Below are positions 9,518 to 18,564 of a DNA stretch of 64,000 nucleotides, piece by piece. The translations under genes and the position numbers were made by a program. Within the stretch, counting starts at the first letter, position 1; each line of letters begins with the position of its first letter. The stretch is from Paramoeba atlantica (lineage: Eukaryota; Protista; Discosea): contig CDRNVI010000011.1 of the NCBI GenBank assembly GCA_977017575.1, positions 1 through 64,000 on the forward strand, in the 5' to 3' direction. The notes under the pieces are model-generated. The model searched no databases. It was not told the DNA's origin and was given only the letters and a program-made list of their open reading frames with translations.

Positions 9518-9803
9518 TCCAAATCATTCCGGATTGCTCCGGATGGTCACTGGCAAGCCAGACCCTTCACAGACAGATTTGGAAGTTCCGAGGCCGCTCT
9601 ACCAGTTTCCGCTTGTCCAAGGCGGCACCAACGTGCTGTTACCAACACACTGCGTCGACGAACTGTACGTCAACACGGCTTACCCAAGAGGTGTAAGCCG
9701 GGTAAGGGAGCTGGTTCCCCGAGGGGAGGGTCCGGGACGGTCCTCCGAGTACTGGGCCTAGTCGGTTATCAGCCCAGCCTCTTAGAGTGAGGCCGCCGGG
9801 AAT
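9518..9803 (-). ncRNA. Unidentified highly structured RNA (about 280 nt), probably Pol III
   Basis: Minus strand: closing helix ATTCCCGG/CCGGAAT, about 9 hairpins including GUAA, GCAA and CUUG tetraloops, then T8 (A-run 9510-9517 on +). Confidence 0.65.
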
Positions 9804-9805
9804 AT

Positions 9806-9884
9806 TGCGATGAGCGGGTTTGAACTCGCCGTCTGAGCACCATGTGCTTCAAACTTTGAATTCTTGCCACTCCGCCACCTCCGC
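9806..9884 (-). promoter_or_regulatory. Degenerate class II (Leu/Ser-like) tRNA-like leader with consensus A and B boxes
   Basis: A box TGGCGGAGTGG, variable-arm hairpin GCAC-ATG-GTGC, B box GAGTTCAAACC, imperfect acceptor stem GCGGAGG/CTCATCGC; no 7-nt anticodon loop. Confidence 0.65.
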
Positions 9885-9913
9885 TCTAGAGCGGAGGTGG
9901 CGGAGTGGCAAGA
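9862..9913. repeat. Perfect 52-bp palindrome with no spacer
   Basis: TCTTGCCACTCCGCCACCTCCGCTCT|AGAGCGGAGGTGGCGGAGTGGCAAGA. Confidence 0.95.
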
Positions 9914-10072
9914 CAAACACCAATGCAATAGCTTCATGTTACATTCTATATTTTGTTTTCTAAAGATCTACTTAGGAGGATGAAGATTCCTAAAACTAGA
10001 CTCGCCGTGCCATCCTGTGCCATTTCGTGCCATCCTGTGCCATCCACAGAGGGTAAACTTGCACAGTGTCCA

Positions 10073-10209
10073 ATGAGTCGAGAAAAACCAGTTTAAACAG
10101 CCGGAAACGCACCTATGTAAAATTCTCTACACGTTCAAAAAAAAGATGATAAAAAACAGAACAGTTTTTCAAATTTCGAGGGGGGGACTTATAGCTGATT
10201 GCTAGTGTA
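10073..10209. mobile_element. Solo right end of the MITE family seen at 39278-40026
   Basis: High identity to about 39890-40028, ending GGGGGGGACTTATAGCTGATTGCTAGTG|TA. Confidence 0.8.
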
Positions 10210-10939
10210 TTGTCGTAGTATACTATAATGAGACCTGTGATTCTTCCATTGGTATCCTTCAAATGCATTATATTGGGATCATCCGGTTGCGTTCGTTTTT
10301 TCCCCTAGGCTTAACCTGTCTACATCCCGTTTTAAATAAACGACACTCCAACACATGCGGTGTGCAATTGAAGCAGACCAAGAATGTCCCATCGGCAAAA
10401 CGGTTGGTACCTAGGCTGAATTCTCCAACCACAGATTCATAGTTCTAGAAAAAGCATCAAAGATGGGCAACTGGTAAAACCGGTGCCTGAGATCTGCCGT
10501 GATGTAGCACGCTAGACCTAGTATTTCCCTATGAATTTGTTCCTTCGTGGGTAATGCAATATCTGGAGGTCTCCGTGCAAGCACACTGACATCTTTTGCA
10601 TTCATAATCAAGCGAGAATGGGTTTTCGGTTTTCAAACTGAAAAATCGTGTTCAGTCAGTCGGAAGAGTTGGTACAAAAATATTCCCTTTTCACCTTGGT
10701 ATTCTACAAATGCTGTTTCAGCTGGTTATATCCTTGCTTGTTGCTCTTCGAATAATCTTCCACCGCTCGTGATTGAGCACATCCGTTGTGCCCACTCCGC
10801 TTCTCTTCTGTATTTGTTGCGGCCCGTTTTGAGGTACCACTTTTTCTCTAAAAATCTAATGCGAATCCTGAGAGCTGTCCATCAGAATAGAAGGACGAAA
10901 CATCGAGGGGGCGAGAGCCTTGATGATTGCGATCAATTC

Positions 10940-11395
10940 CACGGGCGAACTGCTTTCCAGATCGTTCGTTGATGGCTGAAGATGTCGCATCAAGCGCAGT
11001 TCGCGTGATGTGGGTGAAAACTGTTCGCTTAAAGTAGAAATCACGGACAAGACCATTGAAATGTTCAACGCCGCCTTTCTCCCAATTTGCGTAGGGCTTG
11101 CAAAAGAATGATTGACAGCCCAACGAAGGGGCTGTCTTCACTAGCTCGTGTTTCGCGAACTCGGTTCCATTGTCGTACGTGATGCTGAAAGCTTGGAACC
11201 GTTGCAGAGCACAAGTGACCTCCTCGACTACAATTGCCAATTTCTTGTCCCCCAACTTCCGAAGAATTACACAGCGGCTTTTTTTTCCTCCACTGAACTG
11301 AGCAAATAGCCGCTATGTTGTGCTCCTCCATTCAAGTCGCGCTCCCAATCTCCATGCCTGGTGAGAGTGTTGACGAAATCTGGACGCTCTCTTAT
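10940..11395 (-). pseudogene. IS30-family transposase relic (catalytic DDE core), frameshifted
   Basis: IRERPDFVNTLTRHGDWERDL..GYLLSSVE / KSRCVILRKLGDK..SITYDNGTEFAKHE..FFCKPYANWEKGGVEHFNGLVRDFY..INER; frameshift at the T8 run 11279-11286. Confidence 0.85.
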
Positions 11396-11656
11396 GCGCA
11401 GAAAGGGCAAAAAAGGGAAAAGATCAGTCAAAATCTATTTTCGTTTTATTTTTGGGAGTTGTAGCGTGTTACTCTTTTGCTTTTCATTATGTTCGCTACT
11501 TTCTTTCAATAATCAAAGCCCTCGACTCGAAGCTAGAGGGGTACAACCACCGCGATAATAGACAACGCAAACGTAGTTACCGAAGTAAGGCGTGTTATGC
11601 ACGGTACTACTTTTCTTGCTTTTAGTTTTAAAGTTGTTTGTCTAGTTCTTTTTTGG

Positions 11657-12796
11657 ATGAAAGCATTAATACTGGTTGGAGGGTACGGCACTCGACTACG
11701 TCCCTTGACATTAACTCTGGCTAAGCCGCTCGTACCTTTTTGCAATCTTCCAATTCTGGTTCACCAAATGATTGCATTACGTGATGCAGGAGTCACCGTG
11801 ATCATTCTTGCTTTATCCTACCAATCCGATGAAATTGAGAAGACGATTGGTGTCTGGTCTGAGCGACTGAATGTGCAAATTATTTTTTCTGTAGAAAAGT
11901 ATCCTATGGGTACGGCAGGTCCATTGGCGCTAGCAAAGTTTCATGGGTTTCTTTGTACTGACGGCAAGGAGCCCATTTTTGTTCTGAACAGTGACGTGAT
12001 ATGCAAATTTCCACTAAGAGAAATGCTAAGCTTCCACTATAACCGCAAAGCTGAGGCGACGATTCTAGTGAAGCGGGTTGAGAACTGGAATCAATACGGA
12101 GTTGTGGTCAATGAACCGGGGTCGGGTAAAGTTAAGCGGTTTGTAGAAAAGCCAACAGAGTTCGTGGGTAATGAAATCAATGCGGGCATATACTTGCTTC
12201 AAGGAGGGGTTGTAGATCGCATTCCCATTAAAAATACATCCATAGAGAGAGAAACGTTTCCTGAGATAGCACGCGAAGGAAGGTTGTATTCATTTCCATT
12301 GGCTGGGTTTTGGATGGATATTGGGAAGCCAACGGACTATTTGTGTGGTATGAAAATGTACCTGGACTACGTTCAAAATGAGACTCAAAACGTGGGGCAT
12401 ATCACGGAGCACTGTGAGCCTCTTTCCAGAGTACGCAGCTCGCAGAAGGACCCCTACACAATTATTCCGCCTTGTTTCATTGACTCGTCGGTATCTATTG
12501 GTGAGGACAGTGTGATAGGTCCCTATGTTACCATTGCGGCCGGATGTAACATTGGAAAAGGGGTTCGTATTGAGTCGTCTGCAATTTTCCGAAACGCTCA
12601 CATTGGTGATTGTTCTTACGTGTCTTCCAGCATTATTGGCTGGGAGAACAACGTAGGACGATGGTGCCGACTGGTTTCTGGGTGTGTCTTTGCTGCGGAT
12701 GTTACAGTGAAAGATGAGCTTTACCTGAATGGTTGTGTTATTCTCCCGCATAAATGTGTGGCGCAATCTGTGTCAGAACCACAAATCCTAATGTAA
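11657..12796 (+). CDS. GMPPB: Mannose-1-phosphate guanylyltransferase (GDP-mannose pyrophosphorylase)
   Basis: MKALILVGGYGTRLRPLTLT..KPLVPF, EKYPMGTAGPL, FWMDIGKP, C-terminal hexapeptide repeats. Confidence 0.96.
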   Translation: MKALILVGGYGTRLRPLTLTLAKPLVPFCNLPILVHQMIALRDAGVTVIILALSYQSDEIEKTIGVWSERLNVQIIFSVEKYPMGTAGPLALAKFHGFLCTDGKEPIFVLNSDVICKFPLREMLSFHYNRKAEATILVKRVENWNQYGVVVNEPGSGKVKRFVEKPTEFVGNEINAGIYLLQGGVVDRIPIKNTSIERETFPEIAREGRLYSFPLAGFWMDIGKPTDYLCGMKMYLDYVQNETQNVGHITEHCEPLSRVRSSQKDPYTIIPPCFIDSSVSIGEDSVIGPYVTIAAGCNIGKGVRIESSAIFRNAHIGDCSYVSSSIIGWENNVGRWCRLVSGCVFAADVTVKDELYLNGCVILPHKCVAQSVSEPQILM

Positions 12797-13162
12797 ACAC
12801 TGAGATAAATCTTAATGAACCTCCTAACAGAACCATAATTCTAACGTACAGAACTTGCCATGGCAAAGAATAGTATGCCGTGTTTTTTACTTGTATGTTA
12901 CAGTAGCACTGCAACAGTAGTGCTGAACTGTTCTACCCTGTTTGCTAATGAACATAAAAGGGTTCTACAAGGGTACATATACGTACGTAACGTGTGGAGG
13001 AGGTACAGATCCTTTTATTGCATAGACAAGTTTTCCTTTTCCTTTAAAAAAACAGCGAACGCAAACCATTCGAGTAGTTAATTTTACGTTTGTTTTCTAT
13101 ATCATTATCGCCGTAGTGCGTTGAGAATCTTGTAGAGGGGTAGTGCTCCGCGACCTGATTCA

Positions 13163-14749
13163 GTGGAGACTTCTTCCGAAAAGTTTTGCGCTCCGTGCGC
13201 TGTCGATATCGGCGGTTCATGTTGTAAGATGGTATTCTTTCAGCCACCCAACGCACCGAAACTACCTGAGTACTGCACCACCGAAAATGTCTCCACTGTT
13301 GGCTTTGAACTTGGGCGGAAACTTCATTTCTTTGTGCCGGCCGAACTGGTGAACTTCCCTACCACACGCGAAAATTTTACGGGCTATCTGCGGTTTATTA
13401 AATTTCCTGTAGAAAAAGTGCCCGCGTTTATCTCCTTTATCAAGAACTCCAATGTACAAGAAAAATTCCACGACGTCTCCCACATCCCCGGCACGGGAGG
13501 CGGGGCCTACAAATACGCCCCCCTCATCCACAACACCCTCTCCATCACACTCCAGCTCCACCCCGAAATGCACTCGATCCTCCGCGGTCTTAATTTTTTA
13601 CTCAAAACCTTTCCCGGGGAGATCTTTCACTACACCGTACCCCCCCCAACACAGCGTACATCCCATCACCCCCCTAAAGATTCCCCCCCGGCTTCCCCCT
13701 CGGCGTCCCCTGTGGATTCAAACCCCTTCTCCAAAACCTTTTCCCTTCAAAGTTTGAACGCTTCCTCTTCTTCCTCTTCTTCCTCGAGTAGAGCGTACTC
13801 TTCCTCTTCTTCTTCGAGTAGAGCGTACTCTTCTTCTTCCTCTTCTTCTTCGAGTAGAGCGTACTCTTCTTCTTCCTCTTCCCCTTCGAGTAGAGCGTAC
13901 TCTCCTTCGAGTAGAGCGTACTCCTCTTCTTCCTCTTCATCATCATCCTCCCCGTCCTCCCCCTGGCCCTACCTCCTCATCCACATCGGCTCCGGGGTCT
14001 CCATTCTCAAATGCGCCTCCGCGGCCCCCGGGGACTTCGCCCGCCTCTCCGGGTCCGCGATCGGGGGCGGCACGTTCTGGGGGCTGTGCCAGCTGCTCAC
14101 CGGGGCCCGCACCTGGGACCAGCTCGACCTGCAGAACGACGGGGACCGGCCCCCCGCGGAGCCCGCGAGGGTGGACCTGGCCGTCGGGGATATCTACGGC
14201 TGGGGGGATTCTCATGGGGATGGGAAGAAGAATCATGAGGATAAGAAGAGGAATTGTGGGGATAAGAAGAGGAACCATGAGGATAAGAATAGGAACCATG
14301 AGGATAAGAAGAGGAACCATGAGGATAAGAAGAGGAACCATGATGAATCCCCCTGGAGTCTTCCCGGGAATTTAAAACCCCATACCTTAGCCTCGAGCTT
14401 TGGTAAGATTGCTGTGGGGAGCAGGTGGAGGGGGGAGATGGGGGAGGGGGTAGCGGGCTCTTCCCCCGGTTCCTCCCCCACACGCTCGGACTACGTCCGT
14501 AGTCTGCTCACGATGGTGTGTGGGAACATTACGCAGCTGGCGTATTTACACAGTCGGTTGGAGAAAATCGATAATGTGTACTTCACCGGGGGTTTCGTGC
14601 ATAACAACGTGGTGGTGTGGCAGGGGCTGAGTCAGGGGATGGCGTACTGGGGGGAGGGGAGTGGGGTACGGGCGTGTTTCGCGCGGCATAATGGGTATTT
14701 GGGGGCACTGGGGGCGTTGCTGGGGAGGGGAGGGGGGAGGGAGGGGTGA
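13163..14749 (+). CDS. PANK: Type II (fumble-type) pantothenate kinase with low-complexity insertions
   Basis: VDIGGS, YLLIHIGSGVSILK, IGGGTFWGL, LASSFGK, FARHNGYLGALGA. Confidence 0.9.
   Translation: METSSEKFCAPCAVDIGGSCCKMVFFQPPNAPKLPEYCTTENVSTVGFELGRKLHFFVPAELVNFPTTRENFTGYLRFIKFPVEKVPAFISFIKNSNVQEKFHDVSHIPGTGGGAYKYAPLIHNTLSITLQLHPEMHSILRGLNFLLKTFPGEIFHYTVPPPTQRTSHHPPKDSPPASPSASPVDSNPFSKTFSLQSLNASSSSSSSSSRAYSSSSSSSRAYSSSSSSSSSRAYSSSSSSPSSRAYSPSSRAYSSSSSSSSSSPSSPWPYLLIHIGSGVSILKCASAAPGDFARLSGSAIGGGTFWGLCQLLTGARTWDQLDLQNDGDRPPAEPARVDLAVGDIYGWGDSHGDGKKNHEDKKRNCGDKKRNHEDKNRNHEDKKRNHEDKKRNHDESPWSLPGNLKPHTLASSFGKIAVGSRWRGEMGEGVAGSSPGSSPTRSDYVRSLLTMVCGNITQLAYLHSRLEKIDNVYFTGGFVHNNVVVWQGLSQGMAYWGEGSGVRACFARHNGYLGALGALLGRGGGREG
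13760..13945 (+). repeat. Coding tandem repeat (SSSSSSRAY)n in PanK
   Basis: Recurring TC(T/C)TCGAGTAGAGCGTACTC units. Confidence 0.9.
14225..14342 (+). repeat. 21-bp coding repeat (HEDKKRN)n in PanK
   Basis: AACCATGAGGATAAGAAGAGG units. Confidence 0.9.
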
Positions 14750-15218
14750 AAGGGTGAAGAGGGGAGGGTTTCACCATGCACTTTTGTTTGCGAGGAGATT
14801 GAATACGAGGGGGTTTGGGCTTGGTGGTAAATGGGTGGAGAGAGCTGCGACAGAGTTGGGTGACCGCCAGGTCGCTGCAGAGAGCCAGGAATACCAGTAG
14901 CAACGGACACGTCGAGTGGTTCTCAAGAGAGGCCATCGTGAAGCATGGCCTGCTCGGAAAGGTAATCATTGTAGAAGAAAAGCTGAGAGGTGGAAACACT
15001 CTCGCTCCAGGGGAGTGAGTCGGGAGGGGGTGAAACGCATCCCCTGCTTCAGTACAAACGAGGGACAGTTCCTGTAATATATTCCGTAATGTATTTCCTT
15101 ATTTTATCTCCTCCTTTTTTATCTCTTCCTTCACCCAATTTAACGCCCAGGCTTATCTTTTCTCTCTTCTTAAGCCCCTTCCCTCCCCTCCCCACCCCCT
15201 CACCTCCTCCATTTTCCC

Positions 15219-15908
15219 ATGTCCTCCCACCCGGACGCTCCCCACACCTCCTGGTCCCCCGTCTCCCCTCCCCCCTCCCTTCGTCGAGAGCGTTGCATGA
15301 TTCACGACAAGGTCCGTAACCCCGAGGTGCTTCGGTTCGATCACCAACTCGGGGGGTATCGCTGTGCCGAGGAGCACATGTGTAAAACCCCACCGGGGGA
15401 ACAGCAAAGAAAGAGACACGCGAGTACCGGGCGAGAGGGCGATGAGGAGGAGAACGATGAAAAGAATAACAAAAGTCGTCATGAAACGGAAAAGAAGGCA
15501 AAAGATTACACCATGGACGGGGTCTTCAGGTGTTCCCTGCACGGAAAAGAGCGTAGTGTGTGCAATTTGGTACAAGACCACTATGCCGGGACCTGGCGCT
15601 GCCGCCCGGAGAGTGTGTGTAAGTCTACGGGGGGGTACCGGCCGCGTACCTATGGGGGTACAGGGGGCTCGTACTCCGGCTCGTATTCGAGCTCCTATGG
15701 GGGGTATGGGTCCTCGGGTTCTCGTGGACCTCATGCGCACCCTCCGCCTCCTCCTCCTGGTCCGAGCCGGTCGTTTATGTGTGCACTGCACCGTAAGGTA
15801 CGGAGTGAGGCGAACTTGGTCTATCTCGCCTCGGAGCAGTGCTGGAGGTGTCACCCCGCGTCCCAGTGTAGGGTTTCCAGTGGGATAGGAGAAGGGAGGA
15901 TGGAGTGA
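15219..15908 (+). CDS. Hypothetical protein with 3 C-x2-H-x3-R...C-x5-C fingers
   Basis: CMIHDKVR..YRCAEEHMC, CSLHGKER..WRCRPESVC, CALHRKVR..WRCHPASQC. Confidence 0.75.
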   Translation: MSSHPDAPHTSWSPVSPPPSLRRERCMIHDKVRNPEVLRFDHQLGGYRCAEEHMCKTPPGEQQRKRHASTGREGDEEENDEKNNKSRHETEKKAKDYTMDGVFRCSLHGKERSVCNLVQDHYAGTWRCRPESVCKSTGGYRPRTYGGTGGSYSGSYSSSYGGYGSSGSRGPHAHPPPPPPGPSRSFMCALHRKVRSEANLVYLASEQCWRCHPASQCRVSSGIGEGRME

Positions 15909-16351
15909 AAGGGGGGATCGAGTAGAGAGGATAAAAAGAAAGTTATTTTAATTTTTTACGTTTAATGCGTGCATTGTCAAATTGGGTGTCCATTGCTGTG
16001 CGATAGCGGTAGTTGTCAATTTTGAAAACGTTTTTTGTTGCCACATAGAGTGTGGTTGGATGAAGAGACAGGAAAGGGTGTGTTTTAACACAAGGGTGCT
16101 TTAGAAAGGTGCAGTTCATGATCCAATAGGAGTCATGGGGCCGATTTGTTTTTTACATTCCGAGGTCAAGGGGTTTAGTCTTCCACAAAACCTTTTATAC
16201 ATGTATCCTACATGTTGAGCGTGTCATTTTCTAATCAATCCGTGTAACCGTCCTCTTCGTTTTCTTTCAACAACACCTATCCCACCCTTCATCCCTTTTC
16301 TACCCCCCAAAGCACCCCAAAAATCACATTTCCCCCCTCGTTCCCCCCTCC

Positions 16352-17833
16352 ATGTCCCTTCGTTTCACCTTTTTACGCCGTGCTCTACCCCCTCCCCGCC
16401 CCCCTCCCCACTTCCCCAAATCCCTCACCACCCTCCCCAACGGCCTCCGCGTGCTCTCCTACGACGACACCCGCGCCCTCAGCGCCGTCGGGGTCTTCCT
16501 CAAAATGGGGGTGCGCTGCGAGCGCGACTCCACCACCGGGTGCAGCGCCCTCTTCGACAAATACTTCTTCCACTCGAACCGCAAAATACCCTCCGGCGAC
16601 CTCGCGGAGGACCTCAGCTTTATGGGGAACTCGCTCGCGATCAACAACCACCGCGAGTGTGTGAGTTACGTCGTGCAGTGCCCGGGGTACTACACCCCCC
16701 AGGCGATTGAGCTCCTCTCCAGCGCCCTGGTCTTTCCCAGTTTCCAAGACCCGGAGGTTCTGGAACATGTCAAGCAGTCCGTCGCGCAGACCATCCCCGC
16801 ACGCGCCCGTGACCCCACCGGGCAGTGTTTTGAACTGTTGCATCAGGCCGCGTTTGGGGGGAAGCTGCTGGGGCGAAATGCGCTGTTTGAAATCAGCGAC
16901 TTAGAGAAAATCACCCCCAACGTTTTGGCCGACTTTGCGAAGGAGTGGGTCAGCCCGGGGGGGATGACCGTGGTCGGGTCCGGGGTCTCGGACCACAACG
17001 CGTTTGTAGCGGATGTGGAGAAGTGTTTCGTGTTTGGTGAGCCCACGGGGAAGGGGGAGAAGATCGGGGATACCTCCGCGTCTTTCTCTCCCTTAGCCGC
17101 TCAAACAGGCGAGAACGCCACGAAAACGGCCGCACCCCCCCCCTCCCCCTACCACGGGGGCATTGCCATGGCCCACAACACCCTCCCCCCGGAGTCCGTG
17201 GACAAGTTCGCCGAGAAGAGCCACACCCACCTCGGTCTCTTCTACCCCGCCCCCACCTACGCCCACCCCCGCTACTTCACCCTGGCCGTCGCCCAGTGCC
17301 TGCTCGGGGGGGGCCAGAGCTTCAGCAGCGGGGGCCCGGGGAAGGGGATGCTGACGAAGCTCTACCGCGAGGTGGTCGCCCGGGAGCCCTGGGTCGCGGG
17401 GGTGGAGTGCGTCACCGCGGCCTACACCGACGCCGGGCTCTTCGGGCTCTACGGCAGTGCCCCCCACGCGTTTAACCAACACCTGCTAAGAGTCCTCGTG
17501 GAGCAACTCGCCACCGTCGGCCAGCGCATCAGTGAGTACCACGTGGAGATGGCGAAACAGCTGCTGCTGAGTCAGATGTTCCTGGTGAACGACACGGTGC
17601 TGGGGCAGCTGGAGGAGTGCGGCCGCGGGCTGCTGCTGTTCTCCTCGGTGGTGGGGTTCGAGGAGGCGGCGGAGAGGGTTCGCGCCGTGACGCTCGGGGG
17701 GATTCGGGGCGTGTGCGGGGAGATGATTGAGGCCACCCCGACGCTGGCGGTGTTTGGGGACACCTCGGGGATGGAGAGTAGTGTGGAGAGGTTGAGGATG
17801 AGGGTGCTGGATGCGAGGACGAAGAAGAAATGA
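16352..17833 (+). CDS. MPPA: Mitochondrial processing peptidase alpha subunit (M16)
   Basis: TTLPNGLRV, glycine-rich loop GGGQSFSSGGPGKGM, YTDAGLFGLY; transit-peptide-like N-terminus. Confidence 0.9.
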   Translation: MSLRFTFLRRALPPPRPPPHFPKSLTTLPNGLRVLSYDDTRALSAVGVFLKMGVRCERDSTTGCSALFDKYFFHSNRKIPSGDLAEDLSFMGNSLAINNHRECVSYVVQCPGYYTPQAIELLSSALVFPSFQDPEVLEHVKQSVAQTIPARARDPTGQCFELLHQAAFGGKLLGRNALFEISDLEKITPNVLADFAKEWVSPGGMTVVGSGVSDHNAFVADVEKCFVFGEPTGKGEKIGDTSASFSPLAAQTGENATKTAAPPPSPYHGGIAMAHNTLPPESVDKFAEKSHTHLGLFYPAPTYAHPRYFTLAVAQCLLGGGQSFSSGGPGKGMLTKLYREVVAREPWVAGVECVTAAYTDAGLFGLYGSAPHAFNQHLLRVLVEQLATVGQRISEYHVEMAKQLLLSQMFLVNDTVLGQLEECGRGLLLFSSVVGFEEAAERVRAVTLGGIRGVCGEMIEATPTLAVFGDTSGMESSVERLRMRVLDARTKKK

Positions 17834-18088
17834 GGGGGTGGGGAGGCGGGGGTGGGTATGGAGTGGGGGGGGGGGAGGCAGGTGGGGGGGTTTCAGTTTG
17901 CGGAAAGTTGGAGCACTTTTCGCGGAATGCTCGGTGCATGCTGGTATTTTTGTTGAAAAAGAAAAAGTGTAAGATTAGCGAACGTGGTGTCGTCTCTAAA
18001 AGGAGGGCTCTTGCTTCGATATGTTTACCTACTTTAAAAAACATTTTAATTTCGTTTTTAAGATACACATTCTTACGTGATACGGTCA

Positions 18089-18418
18089 ATGAGGAGAGTT
18101 GTTCACACCCGTTCACTCGGTGCATCCACTCTGCTCAGTGCTTTTCATCCGTCTCCGGTGTTTGAATCTACAATCCGCCAGAAGGGTACGAATTTTCGAT
18201 ACCGTCTCGATCGAAGCTATGATCCCACCGATGTAGAATATAATGATGAGTGTAATTTTCTCACCTCTTTACCTGATATAGAAACAGAAATACGGCCAGC
18301 GGCCATTCCCCCTACACGATGGAGAACAACATACACGGGCAACGCTCTTGTGTTTCGTCGAAAAAATTACCGAGTGGTACCTTCCACAACCGACGAGGAA
18401 GTAAGAGACCCGTCCTAG
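18089..18418 (+). CDS. Small hypothetical protein, possibly mitochondrial
   Basis: ORF starting MRRVVHTRSL with normal composition, in the + strand cluster. Confidence 0.55.
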   Translation: MRRVVHTRSLGASTLLSAFHPSPVFESTIRQKGTNFRYRLDRSYDPTDVEYNDECNFLTSLPDIETEIRPAAIPPTRWRTTYTGNALVFRRKNYRVVPSTTDEEVRDPS

Positions 18419-18564
18419 GGATCTTGAACTCTTAATTTCGTCGCGATGTTCGTAATTTCAATCGAATTATTGAACATGATTATACTAAGCCAAGCATAAA
18501 TTGTAAACACCCGTTATTATACGACGTTCTAAAATCATTGACATCTTTTTTTTTCACTCTTCCC

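Noticed and set aside
9518-9803. Confident call as 7SL, RNase P/MRP, U3 or group I intron
   Set aside because: Size fits 7SL, but the SRP helix-8 internal loop, CR-I/CR-V, box C/D and P7 motifs were not found by eye
10260-10850. Coding-like minus-strand fragments downstream of the IS30 relic
   Set aside because: Broken by stops and I recognise no family; cannot support a call
11279-11286. Programmed -1 frameshift at A-AAA-AAG in the IS30 relic
   Set aside because: IS30 transposases are single-ORF and the relic is otherwise decayed; simple slippage mutation is more likely
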